A stretch of DNA of 63,430 nucleotides, filler included. It is 8 parts of 8 records of this genome, joined end to end, with 100 filler letters (N's around TTAATTAATTAA, not from the genome) between each part and the next. Parts side by side here need not be neighbours in the genome. Positions count along the whole stretch, not along the records: positions 38,384 to 47,301 come from DRR723986_40433; positions 47,402 to 52,410 come from DRR723986_40487; 6 more parts are not named here. The stretch is one strand, 5' to 3'. The notes beneath the pieces are model-generated. The model was not told where the DNA came from. It did not search any database and worked only from the letters and a program-made list of their open reading frames with translations. Within the stretch, counting starts at the first letter, position 1. Each line of letters opens with the position of its first letter. Made by a program: the position numbers and the translations under genes. Below are positions 39,480 through 48,922 of the stretch, in pieces.

Positions 39480-41224
39480 TGGCAGTTATGGCATTCACCA
39501 CACGGATCAACAACGGAAGTATATTCAAATGGGCCCTCGTATCCATCTGGGCGGTGACCCTTATGATAATCGGTCCATTCTCCGCCCAATTCATGCAGAT
39601 CCTCACTAGAGCAAGCGTAAACCTTATGGTGCGGAGCGGATACTTTGCCAGTCAGGATATCAATTGTCGCTCGCGTAACAAGAAGTTCAACCTGTCCTGC
39701 TGCTAATGGTCCGTAGGGCTGAAACTCAGTTCCGCAAGCTGGTTCTGCCCGCCGCCGATCATCACCTCGGAAGTCAGTGTCGGGGCACTTTAAAAATCCG
39801 TCCAAGTCGAAGAAACAGGACAGCGCGGAAACGCCGGCTTTCAAAGCAAGGGCGTGGCCTGTCGTGCCCTGCGTACCCAGCCATCCATACACGATTGGAG
39901 TATCTGCGAATGCTCCAGACTGATGTCGGGAGTCCAAGGCAAGATCCTGATCTGCCTCTCCCATGCAACTTACCACGATATCCGCTTCTTCGAATATCTC
40001 GGGGTAGTTTCGCAATACGTCCTGCCACCCAGTTGGGTAGCCCGTGAACCTCCCATGCGGGTATCGCTCCGACAATAACAAAGCCAAAGACTTCGCTTTA
40101 TTGGCATTAATGCTCGTCATGCCCAATGCATGGCGCCCCACGTTTGCAGGATCCAGCGCCTCCGGATCTACAATACTGATTCGTCCAAGCCCTGCCTGTG
40201 CTAGACGGGATGCGATTTGCGAGCCTAAAGAACCAGCCCCCAAAAGGAGCGCGTGGCTTGCAGACAAGGTCGCATGACCTTCGTTATCCTGGTCCCGCCC
40301 ATGAATCCATCCGCTGTCTGCCCGATTTACTCGAACAGGCGAGTAGCCGCTCACGGAACCCCATATTTGCTTTAGTTGTGCTGCCTTTCTAATGCTTCTG
40401 AAACCGCGCTTTGGTGCCGCGTGCATTTTGGTACCGAATAGTGCAACGCCATTGTCCGATTTTGAGGCGAGGATCACCAAAGTTGATTCGAACGGAGAGA
40501 GTGTGCCTAAAAATCCGTTGAGCGCTGGAGCTTGGTTTAATAGCTCGCAGACAAATTGTCGAGTTGTTCGGGGTAAAGGTATTGCGGGTGGCTCGTCAAT
40601 AAATGCGAAAACTGCCTGAATGCTAGGGCCGCTTTCTTCGACACCTGAATTTACGAGCCAATCTTCAATCTGTTCGTCACTTTCGCCAACGAGATAGTGA
40701 CCGTTATATAGCTTGGCGGATATTTTTCTGGCCTTCGTGTTTCTTGGGTCAATAATGCTAACTGCAGATAGCTTCTTGTCCTGACGGCCCCAGTAAGTTA
40801 GAAATTCCCGTTCCGACTCCGATTTTATAAATTCCTCTGATTGGCAGTTCGTGATCAAATCTGTGGCTTGTGATAAGCGCTGGGAAATACTATGTTCAAG
40901 ATTTTCACAGGGGCGCCAACCCTCATCGGGAAGGCACAGGAAGTTGTGTTCTTCGATGTGAGGCCACTGTAAATACCTGCTGTCCCCATGGTAGGCGATC
41001 TGGATCCTAGAAAAAGGGAAGGAATCGTTTAGGAGTACGAAAAGCTGCGTATCGGAATCGGGCAGCCGAATTTGCCATCCAGCCACCACTTTTTTCCATG
41101 CATATTTTTCGACGTCCTCAAACGTTAGAGCTCTAACATCGCACACATGGGTATGCAGCCAGCTGCTAAGCTGGCGCTGGTACCGAGCGAATTCACTCTC
41201 ATAGCCGGGTCGTGAAGCGGGCAT
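39476..41224 (-). CDS. E2-E1 (ThiF) fusion, Cap2-like
   Basis: E2-like FPF…WPHIEEHNFLCL. E1 GAGSLGS, DPEALDPANVGRH, EPACGTEFQPYG catalytic-Cys motif, C-terminal CGECHNC. Confidence 0.9.
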   Translation of the reverse strand: MPASRPGYESEFARYQRQLSSWLHTHVCDVRALTFEDVEKYAWKKVVAGWQIRLPDSDTQLFVLLNDSFPFSRIQIAYHGDSRYLQWPHIEEHNFLCLPDEGWRPCENLEHSISQRLSQATDLITNCQSEEFIKSESEREFLTYWGRQDKKLSAVSIIDPRNTKARKISAKLYNGHYLVGESDEQIEDWLVNSGVEESGPSIQAVFAFIDEPPAIPLPRTTRQFVCELLNQAPALNGFLGTLSPFESTLVILASKSDNGVALFGTKMHAAPKRGFRSIRKAAQLKQIWGSVSGYSPVRVNRADSGWIHGRDQDNEGHATLSASHALLLGAGSLGSQIASRLAQAGLGRISIVDPEALDPANVGRHALGMTSINANKAKSLALLLSERYPHGRFTGYPTGWQDVLRNYPEIFEEADIVVSCMGEADQDLALDSRHQSGAFADTPIVYGWLGTQGTTGHALALKAGVSALSCFFDLDGFLKCPDTDFRGDDRRRAEPACGTEFQPYGPLAAGQVELLVTRATIDILTGKVSAPHHKVYACSSEDLHELGGEWTDYHKGHRPDGYEGPFEYTSVVDPCGECHNCQ

Positions 41225-42419
41225 ATGACTTTTCTGTGGTACCTTTTTGGGTTTTGGGCGGAACGGCAGGAATTGGCCCCTTTTTGCGTGGTGATTCAGG
41301 CCCGCGCTCGGTAATTTCGAGTTTCAAGGGCTCGTCCTTGGAATCCGTCATCGTGCCAAGGAACTTGCCATTAGCATTTTCGGCTATAGCTTCGTAGAGT
41401 CGTTTAGCTAGGTCTTTCCCGCTCTTTTCTGCAGGCTCCTCGCTGCTAGCGACGATATATGCTGCAGTTTCTGCTTGCGACAGAGCCGAGTATGCTTCTT
41501 TATCGATATCGCATTCCTCGCCTTTTCCCTGTTTCCCGGCTTGGTCGTTATAGTTGTCGTAAGACAGGGCGCCCAGAGAGCAGTGATGCGGTGTCTGGAG
41601 AATATGGTAAGCGAGATTTTGAGTGGTTTCCTCATTGCGGTGCCAGATGCGTTTCCAGATGTTAATCTCGGCATCGCCGCCAGTAAGGAACCGTGTGGCT
41701 GTCTTCTTATCTAGGGTGCTGTCACTCGGTGAAAAACTGAACTGCATGACAATACTAGAATTATTCTTGCCGGGAAGCGCATCTGCCTCTTCCTCTGTGA
41801 CGACCTTTGGTGAAAGCAAGAGCGCTGAGAATGAAGGGTCCGCCTGCCCGCATATCGTATTTGTGGATTCACCGACCTTCTGAATGAGATGTTCGATGCC
41901 TTCAGTTTTGTCGTGGTGAACGTCTTCGCCCATGATTTTGATCAAGTTCCCTAGCTCATTGGCGGATGCCTCACCGTCCTTGGCCAGTTTTACACGCCTC
42001 TTCGCCTCTTTTTTCCAGGCTTCTGCATTCGGAACGAGATTGCCGTCTACCCTATCGGCGCGGCGAAAGGTAAGGGGAGCGGACCACATTTCGTGTATTA
42101 AGATTTTTTCGAGTTCCTCGCCCTCGGGCTTTTTCCATGTGGATGGGGCGCCAAGATGGAAGTGGTTCTGCAGGCCGCCACAATGGTCCTGGTCTGGATG
42201 TGTCAGGACAAATGCATCAACGTACAGCCTATTATCGTTGTCGGCATCGCGCTCGAGCCGGTCCTTAAGCATTTTGGCGACGTCCGGGTAGTCGTGCTTA
42301 TTCTGATCATCGGCGTCGTTCCTGATGTTGATGTCAATCAGAATCGTCCTACCAGTGGCGAGGCGGATAAGGGTCATATCCCCGTTACCTACTGGGAAGA
42401 ACTCTATGCTGGCTGTCAT
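41199..42419 (-). CDS. Metallo-beta-lactamase-fold hydrolase (ComEC-like)
   Basis: FFPVGNGD, THPDQDHCGG, NNSSIV, GDAE, PHHCS. Low-complexity Pro/Lys C-terminal tail. Confidence 0.88.
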   Translation of the reverse strand: MTASIEFFPVGNGDMTLIRLATGRTILIDINIRNDADDQNKHDYPDVAKMLKDRLERDADNDNRLYVDAFVLTHPDQDHCGGLQNHFHLGAPSTWKKPEGEELEKILIHEMWSAPLTFRRADRVDGNLVPNAEAWKKEAKRRVKLAKDGEASANELGNLIKIMGEDVHHDKTEGIEHLIQKVGESTNTICGQADPSFSALLLSPKVVTEEEADALPGKNNSSIVMQFSFSPSDSTLDKKTATRFLTGGDAEINIWKRIWHRNEETTQNLAYHILQTPHHCSLGALSYDNYNDQAGKQGKGEECDIDKEAYSALSQAETAAYIVASSEEPAEKSGKDLAKRLYEAIAENANGKFLGTMTDSKDEPLKLEITERGPESPRKKGPIPAVPPKTQKGTTEKSYARFTTRL

Positions 42420-43102
42420 TGGTCACCCCCAATGTGTTGAGTGTTCGAGAAGTTTGCGATTGCTCCTGCGACCATCCTGTTTCCCGCCACATTCGCAGCG
42501 ATCATAGCTAGGCCGAGGTAGGCTAGAAGTACTAGATAGGCTGGCCCGAAGATTAGGGGCTCCCCGAGAATAAGCCTGCTTCCAAGGTCGGTGAGGCTTG
42601 AGAGAACGATGACCAGCGCGACACCTGCAGATGTGTCCCGGTGAAGCAGGTACTGCCGATGACTATTTAAAATAGCCGGGGCATTGCTCACTGGGCGGTA
42701 GATATCACGATACCAGCGCGCGTTTCGCTCCTTGGGGGATAAGGACCTATCTCTTAGGGCCTCGACCTCCGGAGGTAAATTTGCAAGATCGACCCTGGCA
42801 TCCCTCGCCATTATTTGATCACAGCGACTTCCCGGCAGGGGGTTGCTCCAGCGAAGATGGACAAGTCGTTCCTTCCACTGGGGGGCAATCACGCTGGCAA
42901 GTAGCAAGAGGACCGCCTTCAGGCATAGCAGCGGGCCGATACCTATTACGGCGAGCTGGCTAAAAGCTATCCATGGCTGGCTTTCAGCAACTTGCAGGAG
43001 CCGCTCTCCTTGGGCAATTGCCAATGAAACGTAAATCGGTACTACGGCGACCAGCAGATATGTCATCAACGCCTTTTCGTTTTCTTTCTTTAAGTCGACC
43101 AC
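42416..43102 (-). CDS. Uncharacterised membrane protein, about 4 TM helices
   Basis: Two N-terminal and two C-terminal hydrophobic segments around a soluble loop (RWSNPLPGSR…NARWY…HRQYLLHRD). GAGG RBS before GTG. ATGA overlap with the MBL gene. Confidence 0.78.
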   Translation of the reverse strand: MVDLKKENEKALMTYLLVAVVPIYVSLAIAQGERLLQVAESQPWIAFSQLAVIGIGPLLCLKAVLLLLASVIAPQWKERLVHLRWSNPLPGSRCDQIMARDARVDLANLPPEVEALRDRSLSPKERNARWYRDIYRPVSNAPAILNSHRQYLLHRDTSAGVALVIVLSSLTDLGSRLILGEPLIFGPAYLVLLAYLGLAMIAANVAGNRMVAGAIANFSNTQHIGGDQ

Positions 43103-43408
43103 AATCGGATTAGCCTCTTGCTTTAAAGTACATCAATATTCTCGCAGCGGACGTCTGTTTGGTACCAGAGGCGGAGGCGGATCGAAGTAGCAGCGATGCT
43201 GGCTTCGAGCTGTTACCTGCCATATTGATCCAGGCCAGCCGTCCGCTTATTACCATTGCCCCCCATTCTGAGCACGAAAGGTAATCGGGTTTAAGGGGAC
43301 TACGAACAAAGCCAAAACCCTTAACTTCTCGAGGTCGCAAGTTCAGACGCGATGACTCACATATTCACAAGCTTTCTATAACTAATACCGCGTTACCCAG
43401 ATGAATCG

Positions 43409-43612
43409 CTAATCTTCTACATACTCCAATAAATCTCCGACTCCACATCCAAATAATTTGCATAGCCTCTCTAGCGCATCCAAGTCGATACGCTGGCTGG
43501 TTTCTTTATACAGAAGGGTCACAGTATTTCGGTTCAAACCCGTTTCTCTGGCTACGTCGACAATTTTCATCTTACGTTCGCCCATGAGCCTGGCTAGGTG
43601 GCACTTAATCAC
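43409..43612 (-). CDS. Cro/CI-type XRE HTH regulator
   Basis: HLARLMGERKMKIVDVARETGLNRNTV…LERLC.LF.C.VGDLLEY. GGAG RBS before GTG. Confidence 0.88.
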   Translation of the reverse strand: MIKCHLARLMGERKMKIVDVARETGLNRNTVTLLYKETSQRIDLDALERLCKLFGCGVGDLLEYVED

Positions 43613-43763
43613 CAATGCTTCTCCAGATATAAAAAATTCACCCAGAATCGCAAAAAATACTTGCGGGTGGCATTTTGCTGTGTAAAATGTCACTCAGGAT
43701 GGCATTTTGATATTAAGAATGTCTTTTCGCCACTTAGAATACCTGACGTCGAGGCTAATTGCG

Positions 43764-44006
43764 ATGACTGATTCATATACATATCTCACGACGGAAGAGC
43801 TCGCCAGCCGTATCAAATATGACTGCCGGACAATCCGCCAGCGCCTAAAAGATAGCGTTCTTCTTGAGGGCAAGCATTACATCAAACCCTTCGGCGGCCG
43901 AAAGATTCTGTTTCTTTGGGAGGCCGTTGAACAGGAGATGCTTAGGACCGCTAATGATAGGGGCGCGCTCATTCCCATGGCCAGCGGAGGCTACTGCAAT
44001 GGGTAA
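43764..44006 (+). CDS. Excisionase-like HTH protein
   Basis: YLTTEELASRIKY..RTIR…HYIKPFGGRKILF. Overlaps the integrase start. Confidence 0.75.
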   Translation: MTDSYTYLTTEELASRIKYDCRTIRQRLKDSVLLEGKHYIKPFGGRKILFLWEAVEQEMLRTANDRGALIPMASGGYCNG

Positions 44007-45255
44007 AGTGAGAGCGCGAAAGGAGACCGGGAAGCTCTACATGGACTTCTTCTATTTGGGAGTACGCTGCCGTGAACAGACAGCGTTGACGGATACCTCT
44101 CAGAATAGAGCTCGTGTAGAAAAGCTTCTTCAACGTATTGAGGCAAAAATACTGTTAGGAGAGTTCGAGTACTCGGAGTTCTTTCCAGAAAGCCCAAATG
44201 CCAGGAAGTTTGCCGCCCAAGAGGCCGGCTTATCAACCAGTACAGGCGTAGCATCAACCCCTACCTTTAGGGAATTCACGGATCTGTGGTTCGCTGAAAT
44301 GAAAGTCCAGTGGCGGGCATCCCATACCCGCAATGTTGAGTCGATCCTGGAAAGCTCCCTTAAGCCCGCCTTCAAGAATAAACGCGTCGGCGAGATCACC
44401 AAAGCGGAAATCCTGAAATTTCGCGGCCAACTCGCCGCCAAGAAAGGCCGAGGCACCAATACGACCTTGTCACCCAAAACCGTCAATAACCATATGCTGA
44501 TACTGAGTTTGATTCTGGACGAGGCGGCTGAACGGTTCGGTTTTGAGTCCCCCTACAAGAATATCAAACCGCTCAGGCTCAAAAAGCAGCATATCGAACC
44601 CTTGTCGCTGCAGGAAGTGGAGCTGTTTATCGAGCGTGTTCGCCCGGATTTCAAGCATTACTACACCGTTCGGTTCTACACGGGACTGCGCACAGGCGAA
44701 ATCCACGGGCTGAAGTGGAAGCATGTGGATTTTGAGCGCAAAGAGATACTAGTGCGCGAGACCCTGATCAGGGGCGAAACCGAGTATACGAAAACAGACG
44801 GATCCCAGCGGGAAATCCCGATGATGGGGCCGGTGTTTGAGGCGCTCAAAGCCCAGTATCAAGCGACCGGAAAGCTTTCCGGGTATGTGTTCTGTAATAA
44901 AGAAGGCCAACCTCTGGATAACTGCAACGTCACGAATCGCGTGTGGTATCCGATGTTGCGCTACTTAGGGCTAAACAAACGGCGCCCTTACCAGTCCCGG
45001 CATACCGCTGCCACGTTGTTGCTGGCTTCCGGGGAGAACGCCGAATGGGTAGCTCGTGTATTGGGCCATTCATCAACGGAGATGCTCTTCAAAGTCTACT
45101 CCCGCTATATCCCCAACCTTACTCGCCAGGACGGATCTGCATTTGAGCGGCTATTGGCATCCCGATTTCCTACCGCGCTATCAGCAACTGGGCAGAATGG
45201 GGTCAACCACAACGAAAACCCCACGGAGGCTACAAACGATGAGCAAAGATCCTAA
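43999..45255 (+). CDS. Tyrosine recombinase/integrase with N-terminal arm-binding domain
   Basis: LYMDFFY.GVRCREQT arm domain, TGLRTGE, YQSRHTAA, LGH…Y catalytic set. Confidence 0.95.
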   Translation: MGKVRARKETGKLYMDFFYLGVRCREQTALTDTSQNRARVEKLLQRIEAKILLGEFEYSEFFPESPNARKFAAQEAGLSTSTGVASTPTFREFTDLWFAEMKVQWRASHTRNVESILESSLKPAFKNKRVGEITKAEILKFRGQLAAKKGRGTNTTLSPKTVNNHMLILSLILDEAAERFGFESPYKNIKPLRLKKQHIEPLSLQEVELFIERVRPDFKHYYTVRFYTGLRTGEIHGLKWKHVDFERKEILVRETLIRGETEYTKTDGSQREIPMMGPVFEALKAQYQATGKLSGYVFCNKEGQPLDNCNVTNRVWYPMLRYLGLNKRRPYQSRHTAATLLLASGENAEWVARVLGHSSTEMLFKVYSRYIPNLTRQDGSAFERLLASRFPTALSATGQNGVNHNENPTEATNDEQRS

Positions 45256-45718
45256 AGACGCATTGGAGGCACTTGCCGGTGGCGACATACCCATCTTCAC
45301 GGTTGGCGATATGCGGCTGTTGAACCTAAAAATCCCCAAGCAGCTGGCGGATGCTGCAGATGACGACGTCATGGTCGCCCCCCGGGCTGTGGCTGAGAAC
45401 ATGTTCTCTAAAGCCCTCGTGCGCTGGCGCATACCCGAAGAGGAAGCGGCTGATTTTACATTGACAGCCGGCGCCATCGAAATCATGCGTGTACTGCAGA
45501 TTCACCATTATCTTCGCCTGGTCTTTCCCAACACAAAGCCCGACTCCTTTGTCTGGCTTCACACGCAAAACAGTGCATTCGAGGACAAGACCCCGTGGTC
45601 CGTCATTCGCGACGGGGGTATCAACACCGTCTTTCAATACCTCGACGACTTCGTGTTTGGTGGTTGGTCGCCTTATATCAACCCCATGCCGACGCCCCGG
45701 GAGGCCGATGATGAGTAA
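45239..45718 (+). CDS. Protein with MbcA/ParS/Xre antitoxin-like C-terminal domain
   Basis: VF…..WLHTQNSAFEDKTPWSVI..GG…V.QYL pattern. GGAGG RBS. Confidence 0.65.
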   Translation: MSKDPKDALEALAGGDIPIFTVGDMRLLNLKIPKQLADAADDDVMVAPRAVAENMFSKALVRWRIPEEEAADFTLTAGAIEIMRVLQIHHYLRLVFPNTKPDSFVWLHTQNSAFEDKTPWSVIRDGGINTVFQYLDDFVFGGWSPYINPMPTPREADDE

Positions 45719-46232
45719 AGAAAAACCGAACACCGCGCATAAATCTGGCACGGCGCGGCACTTCAATCCCGAGAGCCGCCGCATCTACATCGATATGGAC
45801 GACACCTTGTGTGATTTCGTCGGCCACTACCACAAGATTAAGACTCAATTCCCGGAGTTGGCCTACCCGCAAAGCCTGCCGGGCTTCTTTCTGGATTTAG
45901 AGCCATTACCGGGGGCCATAGAAGCCTTTGATAACCTCAGTCGGGCACCCAACACTGAGGTCTTCATATTGACCGCCCCCTCCGTCCTGAACCCCCACAG
46001 CTATACGGAGAAGCGCTTGTGGATAGAAGCCCACCTCGGGCTTGAAGCTGCCTACCGACTAATTCTTAGCCCGAACAAGGGCTTACTTCAGGGCGATTTC
46101 CTGATTGATGACTTGAGCGAGGGCAAAGGCCAGGAGTTCTTTGCCGGAGAGCTCATCCACTTTGGCTCAGCTCGCTATCCAGACTGGACCAGCGTGCTGT
46201 TTCATCCTGATTTTGGCCTTTTCTCAGAGTAA
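45708..46232 (+). CDS. HAD-family 5'(3')-deoxyribonucleotidase (NT5C-like)
   Basis: IYIDMDDTLCDF, FF.DLEPLPGA, ILTAP, EKRLW, K.LL.GDFLIDD. Confidence 0.9.
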   Translation: MMSKEKPNTAHKSGTARHFNPESRRIYIDMDDTLCDFVGHYHKIKTQFPELAYPQSLPGFFLDLEPLPGAIEAFDNLSRAPNTEVFILTAPSVLNPHSYTEKRLWIEAHLGLEAAYRLILSPNKGLLQGDFLIDDLSEGKGQEFFAGELIHFGSARYPDWTSVLFHPDFGLFSE

Positions 46233-46249
46233 ACCGCGAGGTACATAAC

Positions 46250-46834
46250 ATGGTACATACCACATCACCCACCATTGAAGTCATTGCAGTACTCTTGGCG
46301 CGACACTATCGAGGTGCCTTTAAAGACGGTTTGGTCATGCGCATCGGTGAAGGCTGGGAGGTCAATAATGCGGAAGCTATTGCCTCCTGGATTCAGGCTC
46401 GCTACGAATGCCAACGACTTTATATTGACCTGGGAGAGGAACAAGACCCCTTCAGCCGCGACGTCACGATTGCTATAGGGCTCGAGCAAGAAAAACTGAC
46501 CGAGGTGCTACGGAGCCAATCAGAGCAGGTCTGGGAGCGCCTGAGCTGCCCATCCCCAAAGGGCCATTCATTTCTCCCCCAGCGGGCACTCACTGCCGAC
46601 GAGTGCCGAAAGATGGCGCACGCCCTTCTCGAGTTGCTGGCCACCTGGCAAGCTCCTCAATCCTTGGAAGCTGATTGTGCAAGGGGCCTGCCTGGGGAGG
46701 GCGGGGGTGTAAGAAAACTTACAGACTGGATCGAACAACAAGGCGCTCTCTATACACACCACCCGTCCGAGCTTACAAACCCACTAGCGCATGAGCTGGT
46801 TCGGATTTTGTATCCCGACTGCGTACCCGATTGA
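46250..46834 (+). CDS. Hypothetical protein
   Basis: 194-aa ATG ORF with GAGG RBS, co-oriented in the island operon. Confidence 0.6.
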   Translation: MVHTTSPTIEVIAVLLARHYRGAFKDGLVMRIGEGWEVNNAEAIASWIQARYECQRLYIDLGEEQDPFSRDVTIAIGLEQEKLTEVLRSQSEQVWERLSCPSPKGHSFLPQRALTADECRKMAHALLELLATWQAPQSLEADCARGLPGEGGGVRKLTDWIEQQGALYTHHPSELTNPLAHELVRILYPDCVPD

Positions 46835-46904
46835 CGCGCAGGCTACGGACAACACCATAGGGCAAGGACATATAACCGACAACTAGTAACGAAAGGATTA
46901 CTTC

Positions 46905-47141
46905 ATGAAAACACATACCCAATTACAGCTAAACCTGAACTTTATCAGCGACATTATCGATGAGTTTCTGGGGTCAGTAGGTGCCACACCGACCGGAATA
47001 GCTCTTGTTCCGATATTCGGTGAAGGATACGAATCAGATAACTGGGAAGCGCTATACTATTTTCTGGACCAGCAGGATGGCCGGGTTACTGCAAATCCTA
47101 GTCGCCTGTTTAAACTTATAAACGACCGCATTAACAGGTGA
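46905..47141 (+). CDS. Small hypothetical protein
   Basis: 78-aa ATG ORF with AAGGA RBS. Confidence 0.5.
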   Translation: MKTHTQLQLNLNFISDIIDEFLGSVGATPTGIALVPIFGEGYESDNWEALYYFLDQQDGRVTANPSRLFKLINDRINR

Positions 47142-47555
47142 CACAACTTACTGCAAAGGATAGGTACATGAAAAAAATAATGAATCCGACCGCCAAATAC
47201 AGATAATACGACTTGGCGAGCTAAAGATGCTTGGTATCGAACCACCTGATGCTGTGCGTGATGCGCCTGACGAGGATATGCTCACCATGCCTCGACCTGC
47301 CNNNNNNNNNNNNNNNNNNNNNNNNNNNNNNNNNNNNNNNNNNNNTTAATTAATTAANNNNNNNNNNNNNNNNNNNNNNNNNNNNNNNNNNNNNNNNNNN
47401 NGAGGGACCTTCCGCCGGCGGCGACCCAAAAAGCGTCCAAGGCATTTGCCTTGCCTAATGTTTGCCATGTTCCTGCCCGATTTGAAAGTTCAAATTTGGA
47501 AACAATTTTACCGGATCTGGGAAACGATCAACGCTTTTGGGTCAATCCCTCGGGT

Positions 47556-48341
47556 TTACTGGTCCCAATCGGGGTCGCGCTTCTCGATAAAGGCGGCGAT
47601 TCCTTCTTCGGTATCACGATACAGCATGTTTTCGACCATTACGTCACCGGTATAGGCATAGGCCTGATCCAGCGGCATTTGAATCTGTTCGTAAAACGCC
47701 TGTTTGCCTATTTTGACAGCAGCGCCCAACTTACTTGCCAATGTTTCTGCAAGCGCGCGCGTTTCCTGCTCCAGATCTTGCGCCGGAACAGCCCGGTTGA
47801 TCAGACCCAGTTCGGCGGCGCGCGATGCATCAATGAATTGCCCGGTTGAAAGCATTTCAAACGCTTGTTTGCGGGAAATGTTGCGCGACAAAGCCACCAT
47901 CGGTGTAGAGCAGAACAGGCCAATGTTCACACCATTCACGCCAAACCGGGTGCCTTCGGCAGCAATGGCCAAATCGCATGACGCCACCATCTGACACCCC
48001 GCGGCTGTGGCAATGCCATGGACCTGCGCGATAACGGGTTGTGGCAGCGCTTGAATCGACATCATCATGCGGGCGCAACGATCAAACAGATCTTTAAAAT
48101 AGGCCTTGCCGCCGTCTTCGGATTGGCGTCCGGCGGTCATCTGTTTCAGGTCATGGCCGGCACAAAACGCCTTGCCTTCGCCTGACAGGATAACCACGCG
48201 AATGGTCGTGTCTGTTTTGAGCAGATCAAATTGCTCTTGCAAGGCTGCCAACATTTCATCGGACAAGGCGTTGATGCGCTCTGGTGCATTTAATTTCAGA
48301 TGGGCAATGGCGCCTGTGTCGCGACGTTCCAAAATTGTCAT
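47556..48341 (-). CDS. Enoyl-CoA hydratase/isomerase
   Basis: AFCAGHDL, ATAAGCQ, IGLFCSTP, EGIAAF.EKR.P.W. Confidence 0.93.
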   Translation of the reverse strand: MTILERRDTGAIAHLKLNAPERINALSDEMLAALQEQFDLLKTDTTIRVVILSGEGKAFCAGHDLKQMTAGRQSEDGGKAYFKDLFDRCARMMMSIQALPQPVIAQVHGIATAAGCQMVASCDLAIAAEGTRFGVNGVNIGLFCSTPMVALSRNISRKQAFEMLSTGQFIDASRAAELGLINRAVPAQDLEQETRALAETLASKLGAAVKIGKQAFYEQIQMPLDQAYAYTGDVMVENMLYRDTEEGIAAFIEKRDPDWDQ

Positions 48342-48399
48342 CTTGCTCTCCCGTTTAATATTGGCCCAACTCTAAAAGGAAGAGGCGAGGAGGAAAAGT

Positions 48400-48843
48400 A
48401 TGCCATTGGCATTAAACAAAGAAGAATTGATGGCCTATCTGTCCGAAGTGTTTCCGCAGGTGGCGGATGACTTTGCGCTGGATGCATTGTCCGAGGATCG
48501 GTTGACCATGCGTTTGCTGGTGGCGGATCGACATTTGCGCCCGGGTGGTACGGTTTCCGGCCCATCCATGTTCGCACTCGCAGACTGTGCGACCTATGCG
48601 ATGGTTCTGGCGCGTGTGGGGCGGCAGGCGTTGGCAGTCACCACCGGGTGCTCGATGGATTTCATGCGCAAGCCGGATGGGTCGGTGGATATGATTGCAG
48701 AAATCCGACTGTTGAAACTAGGGCGTTCTTTAGCCGTCGGGGATATTTTATTGTTTTCCGAAGGCAACGACAAACCTGTTGCTCGTGCAACAATGACCTA
48801 TTCCATCCCTCCGCAGGGGTCAGCCGCCTCTGCTGCGGGTTGA
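48400..48843 (+). CDS. PaaI-family hotdog thioesterase
   Basis: LRPGGTVSGP.MF.LAD, AVTT….DFMRKP. Confidence 0.92.
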   Translation: MPLALNKEELMAYLSEVFPQVADDFALDALSEDRLTMRLLVADRHLRPGGTVSGPSMFALADCATYAMVLARVGRQALAVTTGCSMDFMRKPDGSVDMIAEIRLLKLGRSLAVGDILLFSEGNDKPVARATMTYSIPPQGSAASAAG

Positions 48844-48922
48844 TACAATTTAAACGATCAACAAAAAAAGGCCGGGGGCAGGCCCCGGCCAGTGAAGAGG
48901 TCCGTTTCCGGACGGGGATGTC

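Larger units (their letters stand above)
38434..47301. mobile_element. Integrative genomic island at tRNA-fMet (right end not seen)
   Basis: tRNA 3' end, accessory cargo and an XRE/excisionase/tyrosine integrase module. Confidence 0.75.

Noticed and set aside
41199-42419. Antibiotic-resistance beta-lactamase
   Set aside because: ComEC-like HxDxDH motif set, no signal peptide, and the operon context point to a cytoplasmic nuclease or hydrolase.
38970-43102. Calling the operon type II CBASS or a Bil/ISG15-like system
   Set aside because: No nucleotidyltransferase motif and no beta-grasp Ubl ORF is visible on the contig.
43110-43340. 76-aa ORF ending …KARG as the missing ubiquitin-like modifier
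   Set aside because: No beta-grasp pattern and a weak start. The terminal Arg-Gly codons (AGAGGC) coincide with the RBS of the membrane gene.
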